A stretch of 49,395 bases of DNA from an uncultured Bacilli bacterium (GTDB lineage Bacteria; Bacillota_I; Bacilli_A; RF39; UBA660), in contig CALVSC010000002.1 in the NCBI GenBank assembly GCA_944358855.1, positions 1-49,395 of the forward strand. The letters run 5' to 3'. The number at the start of each line of letters is the position of its first letter. The first letter of the stretch is position 1. Position numbers and translations under genes: made by a program. The notes under the pieces were generated by a model. The model was not told where the DNA came from. It did no database searches and was given only the letters and a program-made list of their open reading frames with translations. Below are positions 19,535-28,190 of the stretch, piece after piece.

Positions 19535-20317
19535 CTAGCCTAAAGCTACATCTAATATCATCATTAATACAAAGCCTAAGGTAACTCCTATAACTGATAA
19601 ATTAGAGTGATCTTTTCCCTGGGCATCAGGAATTAACTCTTCTACTACTACATATATCATAGTTCCTGCCGCAAAGGCTAAGAAATATGGTAAGATAGGA
19701 GTCATTAGGGCTGCTAAAAAAATCATTAGTAAAGCACCAATGGGTTCTACTATTCCTGATGCTGCTCCTATTAAAAAAGCTTTGTTTTTTGATTTTCCGG
19801 CAGTTTTTAATGGTGTTGAAACGATTGCTCCTTCTGGAAAGTTTTGAATAGCAAGACCAAAGCTTAAGGCAAAGGCTCCTGCTATCGTCATTGATGTGTT
19901 ATCTGACATTACTCCAGCAAAGACAACACCGGCTGCCATACCCTCTGGTAAATTGTGAAGTGTTATAGCTAAGACTAATTTGGTTATTTTGCTTAAACCT
20001 GTCTTAGGCCCTTCCTCTTTTTTGGCATCTATATGTAGATGAGGAACAACAACATCTAATAATAACAAGAATCCAACACCTAAAATAAAGCCAATAGCTG
20101 CTGGTAGCCATGCGATGATATTTTGTTCTTCACTCATTTCCATAGAAGGTATTAATAATGACCATATAGAAGCTGCTATCATTATACCAGATGCAAATCC
20201 TAATAAGAACTTTTTAAGTCTATCATTCATTTTATCTTTCAATAAATAGACACATCCAGCTCCTAATACGGTACCTAAAAATGGTATCATTATACCAATT
20301 AAAATTATTAAATTCAT
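19535..20317 (-). CDS. ZIP-family divalent metal (zinc) transporter
   Basis: The HNLPEGMA and QNFPEG motifs plus 8 TMs. Start at ATG 20317 after GAAAGGAG. Confidence 0.85.
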   Translation of the reverse strand: MNLIILIGIMIPFLGTVLGAGCVYLLKDKMNDRLKKFLLGFASGIMIAASIWSLLIPSMEMSEEQNIIAWLPAAIGFILGVGFLLLLDVVVPHLHIDAKKEEGPKTGLSKITKLVLAITLHNLPEGMAAGVVFAGVMSDNTSMTIAGAFALSFGLAIQNFPEGAIVSTPLKTAGKSKNKAFLIGAASGIVEPIGALLMIFLAALMTPILPYFLAFAAGTMIYVVVEELIPDAQGKDHSNLSVIGVTLGFVLMMILDVALG

Positions 20318-20350
20318 TTTACTCCTTTCATTTCTTTTGTTGAAATATTT

Positions 20351-20402
20351 AATGTGAAACATATTTCACATTGATTATAAACTAGTTTCCTACTTTTTGC
20401 AA
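20351..20402 (-). promoter_or_regulatory. Promoter of the ZIP-sufC-sufBD-tetR operon with an overlapping palindromic operator
   Basis: Minus strand: TTGCAA (20397-20402), a 17-nt spacer, TATAAT (20374-20379). Two nt later comes a perfect 9-bp inverted repeat, AATGTGAAA-N4-TTTCACATT (20351-20372), which covers the expected transcription start. Confidence 0.55.
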
Positions 20403-20427
20403 TAAAAAAAAAGAAGGTTACCCTTCT
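20403..20427 (-). terminator. Intrinsic terminator after the GT2 gene
   Basis: AGAAGG-TTAC-CCTTCT followed by T9 on the minus strand. Confidence 0.5.
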
Positions 20428-21427
20428 AATTAAAGTTTACTAAACTATGTGCAAATCTAAAGCCCATCTTCATTATCCATCTACCTAGTTTTCCTGGTAT
20501 AGAGACCCAGGATGCAATGGATTTAAATTTTAGTTGTTTATACAAATTAGGATTCTTATCTTTTACAGTTGCCCATAACTTTTTATATTCTTTTTCTGCT
20601 TCGTCTGTATAAGATAATCTTGTAAATATTACTCCTATTGCCATAAGTAGAGAGCATTCTCTTTTCATCATTTTTCTTAGCTTTTTATTTTCTATTTTAC
20701 TTAAATCATAAGCTGTACAAACTCTTTCTGTTACCAGTCTTTGATGTGATGCTCGCTTTATCATTTGCGTCTCTTGAACAGATTGATCTGGCCTTCCAAT
20801 AAAGTATCTATATAAATCTAGATTTAAATAATAAATGGTCTTGGTATTAGGAAGTGGTAAATAGATAAATAAATTGTCTTCATAGAATACATGTTTTGGT
20901 AAGTCAATATTACTTTTATCTAGTACACTTTTTTTATACATCATAGAGTGAAGAGATGGGTATTGAGTTAATTTAAATCTATGAATATCGTTCCAAGTAA
21001 GAACTTTTCCTTCTTCATATACATTGGCAAAAGAGATTGTTTGGTCTTTTCTGCCATCTGTATAAGTATATACATAGTTACATACTACTAAGTCTGTATC
21101 AATATGTTTAATTTCTTTTAATAGTTTTTTATATGCTTCTTCATCTAGCCAGTCATCACTATCCACTACTTTGAAGTATTTTCCAGTTGCATGTTTTAAA
21201 CCAGTATTGATTCCTTCTCCATGTCCCCCATTTTCTTGATGAATTGCTTTTACTATTTTTGGATATTTTTTTTGATATCTGTCAGCAATCTTTCCCGTAT
21301 TATCTTTTGAACCATCATCAATAATAATGATTTCTACATCCTCTTTTCCTATTAATAGAGAATCAATACATTTTTCCATGTAACTTTCCGAATTATAACA
21401 TGGAACTACAAATGATATATATTTCAT
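20426..21427 (-). CDS. Family 2 glycosyltransferase
   Basis: SFVVPCYNSESYMEKCIDSL...IIIDDGSKDNT...VDSDDW are canonical GT-A/GT2 motifs. Confidence 0.85.
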   Translation of the reverse strand: MKYISFVVPCYNSESYMEKCIDSLLIGKEDVEIIIIDDGSKDNTGKIADRYQKKYPKIVKAIHQENGGHGEGINTGLKHATGKYFKVVDSDDWLDEEAYKKLLKEIKHIDTDLVVCNYVYTYTDGRKDQTISFANVYEEGKVLTWNDIHRFKLTQYPSLHSMMYKKSVLDKSNIDLPKHVFYEDNLFIYLPLPNTKTIYYLNLDLYRYFIGRPDQSVQETQMIKRASHQRLVTERVCTAYDLSKIENKKLRKMMKRECSLLMAIGVIFTRLSYTDEAEKEYKKLWATVKDKNPNLYKQLKFKSIASWVSIPGKLGRWIMKMGFRFAHSLVNFN

Positions 21428-21543
21428 AATTTACACCTCATACTATTTCATTTATTATAACACGCAAAATTAGTCTTTTCTAGTCTTGACAAATAACAGA
21501 ATTTGTATCTTTTTATAAAAAAAGGATTATCTGGTGTTGATAA

Positions 21544-22533
21544 TCATTCTTTTATTAATCCTAAATATGTAATTATTTCTGAGTTTTCTGCAATAATTTC
21601 GGCGTTTTGACTTATTTTTTTATTACTCTTCATCATACGTGATGTTAATTCATTTCCTGTTTGAATAGCACAATATATAGCGTATTGATTTTGTTTAATT
21701 TGTTCAAGAGATACTAAAATATCATCTAGTTTAGCAATAATTGTATTTTGTCTTATTTCGTTTTCAAAAATATTATAGGCACCTGTATAACCTTCTAGAG
21801 AATCACATCTTCCGGTTTCTAAATAGTCAAGGAATGAAATTACTGCTACAAAATTATTATGATATTTTTTATGAATATAGTTTAGGTTATATAGTTTCGT
21901 TAATAGTTTTTCTGTTTCTTTTAATTCATATTCTGTATCTTCTTTTTTTATTGTTATATCAGTTATTTTTTCATCTACTTTAGCGTTTTGTTTTTTTACT
22001 TTCTCTAAGTCTTCTTTTTTCTCTATTTCTTGCTGGCGTTTGGTCTTTCGTAGTTTATGAGCTTTTCTAATTGTATTTAATGTGGTTATTAATATAACGG
22101 AAGCAATATATACAATAAATATTAATATGATGGCTTCTATATTTTCATACCCTTCTGTGTTTTCAATTATATCGCGAAATAAAATATATACGATGAAAGG
22201 ACTAATAAATAGAGCACTAACTAAAAAAGTTATAATACCTGTTTTTACAATATCTTTGGCAGAATAATCAAAGTCAAATTTTTGGGGTTTTATCTTGGTA
22301 TATGGTAAATTTTCTAATTCTTTTTCGCTGTTAATCAAATAATTATCTAAGGCATATTTTCTTATTTCTAGTGTTTTTACTTTGTTTAAGTAATCAATTA
22401 ATTTATTGATAGATAGAGAGTTTTTTTCTTCTTTTTTCTTTTTGATAGATGTTTTTTCTTTTACTTTGTGACCACACGAACTACAGAACTTTTCTCCTTC
22501 TTCTATTTTACTTCCACAGTTGCTGCAGAACAT
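21544..22533 (-). CDS. Zinc-ribbon membrane protein, function unknown
   Basis: N-terminal CSNCG...CSSCG zinc ribbon, two central TMs and a coiled-coil/helical C-terminal domain. Confidence 0.55.
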   Translation of the reverse strand: MFCSNCGSKIEEGEKFCSSCGHKVKEKTSIKKKKEEKNSLSINKLIDYLNKVKTLEIRKYALDNYLINSEKELENLPYTKIKPQKFDFDYSAKDIVKTGIITFLVSALFISPFIVYILFRDIIENTEGYENIEAIILIFIVYIASVILITTLNTIRKAHKLRKTKRQQEIEKKEDLEKVKKQNAKVDEKITDITIKKEDTEYELKETEKLLTKLYNLNYIHKKYHNNFVAVISFLDYLETGRCDSLEGYTGAYNIFENEIRQNTIIAKLDDILVSLEQIKQNQYAIYCAIQTGNELTSRMMKSNKKISQNAEIIAENSEIITYLGLIKE

Positions 22534-22596
22534 AATATCACTCCTTTATTTTAGCTTCTTTGTTATTTAAAGTATATAAAGTGTTTCTTATGGTTG

Positions 22597-23700
22597 TCAA
22601 GATTTTTCTCTTTTGTAGGATGATTTACTGATATTTAATATAATTCCAATACTTATCATACTTATTAAAAGAGATGATCCTCCATAGGACAAGAAAGGAA
22701 GAGTTACTCCTGTTACTGGTATCATACCAATTACTACCATTAAATTCATAATGGCTTGAAATATTATTTGAAAAGTCATACCAATACATAAATATTTGGC
22801 AAAAGAGTCCTGAACATTTAACGCTATTTTTATTCCTCTATATAAAATAGTAGCAAAAAGGCCTACTACAATAAATGCTCCTACTACTCCAAATTCTTCG
22901 GCAATAATAGAAAAAATAAAATCAGTCTGAGGTTCAGGTAAGTAAAAGTGTTTTTGAATAGAGTTTAAAAAACCAGTACCAAGCAGTCCCCCTGGACCGA
23001 TTGCATAAAGACTTTGAATGATTTGAAAACCAGTACCTAGGGCATCACTCCAAGGATCTAGAAATGAAGTTATTCTATCCATTCTGTAAGGGGCAATTAT
23101 AATTAAGATTGTAATTCCTAAAACACCTAGTAAACCCAGTCCTAAAAAGAATTTTATATTTACACCTGATATAAATAATAAAGCAATAATTGATACTACT
23201 AATATTAATCCTGTTCCAAGGTCTGGTTGAAGCATAATTAAAAAGAAAAGAAAGAAAAGGATTGTTAATATTGGAAAAACACCTTCTTTATAACTTTTTA
23301 TAAACTTGTTACTTCTCGATAAGTACTTACTAGTAAAAATTATCATTGCTAATTTAGCATATTCACTTGGCTGTATTCCTAAAGGGCCTATTCCAAACCA
23401 TGATCTAGAACCATTTCTTATACTTCCTATTCCAGGTATTAATACTAATATTAAGAGAATAATACAGATTAGTAATAATTTTGTTGCATGTTTATAGTAT
23501 ATTTTATAGTCTATTTTAGAGATTATTGTCATCATAATAAAACCTATTATGAAGAATGTGGCTTGATATTTTAAGTAGTGAAAGCTATCATTAAATTTAT
23601 ATTCTGACCAAATACTGGATGCTGAATATATCATAATAATTCCAAATATTCCTAATATTATTGTAGATATTAATAAGGGATAGTCTATTTTATTTTTCAT
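22597..23700 (-). CDS. ftsW: SEDS-family peptidoglycan glycosyltransferase (FtsW/SpoVE/RodA)
   Basis: 10-TM protein with the PSE(Y/F)AK, QPDLGT and LPFLSYGGSS motifs. It sits in a dcw-type context. Confidence 0.9.
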   Translation of the reverse strand: MKNKIDYPLLISTIILGIFGIIMIYSASSIWSEYKFNDSFHYLKYQATFFIIGFIMMTIISKIDYKIYYKHATKLLLICIILLILVLIPGIGSIRNGSRSWFGIGPLGIQPSEYAKLAMIIFTSKYLSRSNKFIKSYKEGVFPILTILFFLFFLIMLQPDLGTGLILVVSIIALLFISGVNIKFFLGLGLLGVLGITILIIIAPYRMDRITSFLDPWSDALGTGFQIIQSLYAIGPGGLLGTGFLNSIQKHFYLPEPQTDFIFSIIAEEFGVVGAFIVVGLFATILYRGIKIALNVQDSFAKYLCIGMTFQIIFQAIMNLMVVIGMIPVTGVTLPFLSYGGSSLLISMISIGIILNISKSSYKREKS

Positions 23701-23730
23701 CGTATCACCTAATTTATTATATTTTTGACA

Positions 23731-23757
23731 TAAAAAAAAGATGTCTGAAACATCTTT
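23731..23757 (-). terminator. Intrinsic terminator (copy 1 of a near-identical pair)
   Basis: AAAGATGT-CTGAA-ACATCTTT followed by T8 on the minus strand. Confidence 0.65.
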
Positions 23758-23788
23758 ATAACGATATTATAAATTCTACTATACTATT

Positions 23789-24742
23789 TTATTTAGTTAA
23801 TCTAAAACTTTCTGGTATATATGTATAATTTACAACATCTGATGGTCCTTCAAGGGCAATATAATGTGTTTTTCCATCTTCCGCTTCAAACCAATAGGTA
23901 ACTAAATAGACAGCATCAGCTGGATAATACATATATACTTGGTAGGCAGTATATTCTTTATTTTTTCCTATTGTTACAGTTGCACCTGTTACATCGGTTA
24001 CAGAACTATCATTTTGCATATTATACATAAAATTAGAAGCATAATCCTTAGCTGTATATTGATTATCATCCATATAGTCTAGTGTAATAATATACGTAGT
24101 ACCATAAGAATATTGTAGTGTATCACTTCCACTAACATCATAAAATTTGCCCCAGTTTTTAGGAACGTCTACATATCCATAATTGCTATCTCCTACAGAT
24201 TTATTTGTCGTAGTGTTATCGGTATTTGTTGTACTCTCACTTTTTACTTTTTTACCATCTATAGTACAACTTCCAGAAGTATTTGTAGAAAACCAAGTAT
24301 TAAATTCTGTTATATAAGCATCCATTCCAATTTTTTTCGCATATTCTTTTTGTTCATCCATATCATAACTTAACCCTCTAGCAGTATAACCAGTAATACC
24401 ATTTTCATTATACATTATGGTAATATTACCTTCATCTGATTTACAAACAAGTTTATCAGAAGTTTTAGATACTACTGAAAATATTATTACAAATATAATT
24501 ACAATTCCAACTACTATACCACCAATTACCATTAAGATAATAGCAACTGGATTTTTCTTCTTGGGAACAGTATTATTCATTGTTCCATTATTATTACCTA
24601 CTCCATTATTGATAGGTTGTTGTATGTTGCTTTGTTGATAAAACTGATTATTTTGGGGATTAACATTTGATACTGGCTCACCACATGACTTACAAAATCT
24701 ATCAGTCTCAAGTAAATTAGCCCCACATTTTTTACATTGCAT
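23789..24742 (-). CDS. Zinc-ribbon membrane-anchored protein with an extracytoplasmic domain, function unknown
   Basis: N-terminal CKKCG...CKSCG ribbon, an N/Q-rich linker, one TM and a beta-rich ectodomain. Confidence 0.55.
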   Translation of the reverse strand: MQCKKCGANLLETDRFCKSCGEPVSNVNPQNNQFYQQSNIQQPINNGVGNNNGTMNNTVPKKKNPVAIILMVIGGIVVGIVIIFVIIFSVVSKTSDKLVCKSDEGNITIMYNENGITGYTARGLSYDMDEQKEYAKKIGMDAYITEFNTWFSTNTSGSCTIDGKKVKSESTTNTDNTTTNKSVGDSNYGYVDVPKNWGKFYDVSGSDTLQYSYGTTYIITLDYMDDNQYTAKDYASNFMYNMQNDSSVTDVTGATVTIGKNKEYTAYQVYMYYPADAVYLVTYWFEAEDGKTHYIALEGPSDVVNYTYIPESFRLTK

Positions 24743-24837
24743 AAGACTCCTCCTACTATTCTATAAAAATATTGTATCATATTTTTTTAGGAAATATATT
24801 GCTTTTATTATAATTGTGTAAAGGGAATAAAAAGCAA

Positions 24838-24864
24838 ATAAAAAAAGATGTCTTAAACATCTTT
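24838..24864 (-). terminator. Intrinsic terminator after mraY (copy 2 of a near-identical pair)
   Basis: AAAGATGT-CTTAA-ACATCTTT followed by T7. It overlaps the mraY stop codon. Confidence 0.65.
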
Positions 24865-25843
24865 ATAACCATACTCCAAATATAATTCCAGCCATAGCTA
24901 ATAGTAGACCTACGACCCAGAATAGTTTTACGATATCGTTTTCATCCCATCCTAGTTTTTCAAAATGGTGATGAAGTGGTGTCATTAAAAATAGTTTTTT
25001 ATGAAATATTTGAACCCAGAATGTTTGTAAAATAACACTAAGTGTTTCTATTACAAAGACACCTGCTACTACTAAAAGAGTTAATTCTCTATGTGTCAGT
25101 ATAGCAATAGCTCCCATGACAGCACCTAAGGCAAGAGAACCGGTGTCTCCCATGATAACTTTTGCTGGATGAGTATTATATATTAAGTAACCAAGTAAGC
25201 TTCCTACTAAGATTAAACTAAAGATCCCTATGTCTTCAAAACCTACCATTAAAGAGATTAAACTGAAGGCAATAAAGGCAATAGCAGATAATCCTCCTGC
25301 TAGGCCGTCTAATCCGTCTGTTAAGTTTACAGCGTTCGATGCTCCTACTAATACAAATAAGATAAATAGTCCATATAGCCAACCCATTTCTAAGTCAATA
25401 TGAAGTGTTCCTACTACCCAGGCTGTTTGTCCTCCATTACGCATATAAATATAGAAAAAGCCAATAGCAATTAGAACTTGCATAATTAACTTTTGATAAG
25501 TTGTTAACCCTTCATTTTTTCCTCTTCTTATCGATAAAAAGTCATCTAGGAAACCAATACAGGCATATCCAATAAACACTAATAGGACTATTCCAAGATT
25601 GGCTGTATATGGAATTTTTTCCATTAATACGAGTCCAATTGTAGCAATTAAAGTAGGAATAATAAATATAAGCCCTCCTATTGTTGGAGTTCCTTCTTTT
25701 TTACGATGTGCTTCTCCAACAAAGGCACTAATTCTTTGTCCTAAATGTAGTTTCTTTAATATTGGTATTAATATTAAACCTAAAACTGCGGAACCTAAAA
25801 AACCAATCATTATCGCAAAGATAGCTTTGGTTAATAATAACAT
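24863..25843 (-). CDS. mraY: Phospho-N-acetylmuramoyl-pentapeptide transferase
   Basis: Canonical MraY motifs: KKEGTPTIGG, GFLDDF, NAVNLTDGLDGLA, MGDTGSLALG, HHHFE. Start at ATG 25843 (SD GGAGTG). Confidence 0.95.
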   Translation of the reverse strand: MLLLTKAIFAIMIGFLGSAVLGLILIPILKKLHLGQRISAFVGEAHRKKEGTPTIGGLIFIIPTLIATIGLVLMEKIPYTANLGIVLLVFIGYACIGFLDDFLSIRRGKNEGLTTYQKLIMQVLIAIGFFYIYMRNGGQTAWVVGTLHIDLEMGWLYGLFILFVLVGASNAVNLTDGLDGLAGGLSAIAFIAFSLISLMVGFEDIGIFSLILVGSLLGYLIYNTHPAKVIMGDTGSLALGAVMGAIAILTHRELTLLVVAGVFVIETLSVILQTFWVQIFHKKLFLMTPLHHHFEKLGWDENDIVKLFWVVGLLLAMAGIIFGVWL

Positions 25844-25923
25844 TTCGTTCACTCCGTTTCTCTTGCAATATTATATCATAGTTTAAAAATTATTATGCAC
25901 TTTTTACTATTTTAGACATAATT

Positions 25924-27447
25924 TTACATTTCTTCTTCTCTTGTATATACTTTTACTTTTTCATTGTTTTTCACTAATAATTCTTCTTGTTCTTTTCGTC
26001 TTCTTTTTAATTCTTCTTCTTTTTCCTGTAATTCACTCAACAGTTTTTCTAGATTAGCATATAACTCTTGATATTCTTTAGACCCTTTTATTTCATCACT
26101 AAATTTCTTATCTAAATCTCTCATCATTTCTTCTAGTTTCTTGGCAGATTTACTTACTAGATTTAAAGCATTGTCTATTTGATCTATTCCACTTTCTATT
26201 TGACTACTATAGTCTGTTATAGAAACTGTTTTATATTTTTTCTTTTTTAGTTTAGGGTTTAAGAGATTTTTCATCAATAGTATATAAGCTGCCGTGGCAG
26301 TAGCAACTGCTTTTGCACTACGATTACCTGGTATTAACATTGGTATTGATAGTAAGGCAAGTAGTTTTTTACTTTGTTTATTTAAAAATTCTACTTGATA
26401 AGTAACTTGTTCTGTTACTGTTATAGAATTATTTATCTTTTCTTCCAGGTCTTTTTCTAAGTAGTCCCCTTCATATTGCAGCATTAGTAACTCATTATTA
26501 AAGTTTTCAAAATTATAGTATTCTTCTTGTAGTAGTTGAAATTCTTCTTCGTTCAGTTCTAGTTCTTCTTTTTCTTCTTTTACTTTACCACTTAGTTTTT
26601 GAGTCTTTAGTTTAGCTTCTTCAATAGCACTTGATAGCATTATATATAGTTTTGAATCATTTATTTCCTCTACCTCTTCTTTTCCTTTGAATCTTTCTAT
26701 ATAACTATCTATTAGTGCTGTTATTTCTTGTTCTATATCTTCGTTATCTAGTTGCGTTTTTAGTTTTTGTTTTAGAATTTCTAGATGTTTAATAATTTCT
26801 GTTAATTGACTTAATATTTCTTCTGCTTCTTTTTTGTCTTTTATATTTTGTTCTTTCTTTTCTAAAATCGTGTATTCATATACAATATTTTTTAGTTCTT
26901 GTTTTATTTCTTTTAAGTTATTTTCATATCTTTCTACTATTTTTTGATCTTCTAATTTTTTTATTTTATCTTCATTTATCGTTGGTATAGATATTTGGTT
27001 TTCATTTTCTTCTTTTACTTCAATATGAACAGGTTGAGTAATGGTTACTTCTTTTTGATTCATTTCTTTGTTTTCTATTACATCCGTTTTTTTTCTTTCT
27101 GGGTCTTCTTTTAGAGGGTTTATTATTTCGTCTAGTTCTAGTTTACCAGCTTCATGTAATTCTTCTTTTTGTAAAGCTTTTGCTTCATCTCTTTCTGTTT
27201 CGTACTCTTTTGGTTGACTTATTAGTGTTTCAAATGTATTTCCAATAATGGAAATTGGTACTGCTATAAAAAAGTTTTTTATTGTTTGTTGTTTTACTTC
27301 TTTTTCTAGTTTACGAAGTTTTGCTTGCCTTTTTTTTCTTAAATTTTCTTGTAGTTTTCGTTTTTGCTTTTTTGTAATTCTTATTGTTCGAAGTCGGTCA
27401 TTATGACCTCCTTTTGTACCTATTGTCTCGTTCATATTGTTCACCAT
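25924..27447 (-). CDS. Hypothetical coiled-coil membrane protein (2 TMs) between the PBP gene and mraY
   Basis: A basic N-terminus and a TM, then about 280 aa of K/E-rich coiled coil, a second TM and a further coiled-coil tail. The start may instead be ATG 27435. Confidence 0.55.
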   Translation of the reverse strand: MVNNMNETIGTKGGHNDRLRTIRITKKQKRKLQENLRKKRQAKLRKLEKEVKQQTIKNFFIAVPISIIGNTFETLISQPKEYETERDEAKALQKEELHEAGKLELDEIINPLKEDPERKKTDVIENKEMNQKEVTITQPVHIEVKEENENQISIPTINEDKIKKLEDQKIVERYENNLKEIKQELKNIVYEYTILEKKEQNIKDKKEAEEILSQLTEIIKHLEILKQKLKTQLDNEDIEQEITALIDSYIERFKGKEEVEEINDSKLYIMLSSAIEEAKLKTQKLSGKVKEEKEELELNEEEFQLLQEEYYNFENFNNELLMLQYEGDYLEKDLEEKINNSITVTEQVTYQVEFLNKQSKKLLALLSIPMLIPGNRSAKAVATATAAYILLMKNLLNPKLKKKKYKTVSITDYSSQIESGIDQIDNALNLVSKSAKKLEEMMRDLDKKFSDEIKGSKEYQELYANLEKLLSELQEKEEELKRRRKEQEELLVKNNEKVKVYTREEEM

Positions 27448-27515
27448 TTTTAGTTTATCACACTTTAGTTTTCTTTTATATATTATTTTTTTATTTCTGA
27501 AATTATATTGTCAAG

Positions 27516-28190
27516 CTATTCTAGTAATAATCGTATAGTTCCACCTTCTTCTAAGCGTTCCCCACTTGGTGGTGACTGAGATATTACTTTATTTCCAGTT
27601 CCTGTATATTCAATCGTAAAGTCTTTTAATTTTTTCTTTGCTTCTTCTACTGTTTTTCCTACTACGTTTGGTATTTTATGGGTAGGTATATCACTCCATT
27701 CTAAGTCTTTTTCCAGACCATTATCCTGTTTTTCTATTTTTAGGGCATCAATAATATCTAAGAGGATACGTCTTGCGATAGGAGTTGTCGTATAACTTGA
27801 AAGAAGAGCTGTATTTTTAGGATTATCGATTGCTAAATAGAGTACTGCTTTCGGATCATTAGAGGGTACGATGGCCATAAATGACATGATATAGTTTCCA
27901 ACCATATACGTACCATCTTTTACTTTTTGTGCAGTTCCCGTTTTGCCTCCTATACGATATCCCTCGATATAAGCACTTTTTCCTCCTCCTTTTGCGACAA
28001 CACTTTCTAAAGCTTTTTTCATTATTTCAGATGTTTTTTTACTAATTACTTTTCCTACTTTTTCCTTCCTATATTGTTTTATAATAGTACCCGTTTCTTT
28101 TTCCGAAATGTTAGATACTATAAATGGAGTATATAATGTCCCTCCATTAACAACTGCTGAAACTGCCCTTACTTGTTGTAATGTCCTCTT
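27516..28190 (-). pseudogene. 3' segment of a split class B penicillin-binding protein gene (transpeptidase C-terminal part with KTGT, plus one PASTA domain)
   Basis: The stop-to-stop frame reads ...QQVRAVSAVVNGGTLYTPFIV...GGKTGTAQ...PASTA. There is no credible start or SD of its own. It continues exactly where the 38920..40176 segment breaks off. Confidence 0.9.

Noticed and set aside
20351-20372. The palindrome TGTGAA-N6-TTCACA was considered as a Rex or CRP/FNR box.
   Set aside because: The half-sites resemble Rex (TTGTGAA-N4-TTCACAA) and CRP (TGTGA-N6-TCACA), but the spacing fits neither. I left it as an unassigned operator, with TetR as the candidate regulator.
24598-24780. The 60-aa minus-strand ORF overlapping the start of the zinc-ribbon gene.
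   Set aside because: It is out of frame with a better-supported gene, has no SD and has a low-complexity composition.
27516-28022. The 168-aa ORF was considered as an independent small PASTA-domain gene.
   Set aside because: The reading frame stays open upstream to 28190 and continues the PBP transpeptidase sequence. There is no SD at the internal Met. It is the 3' segment of the split gene.
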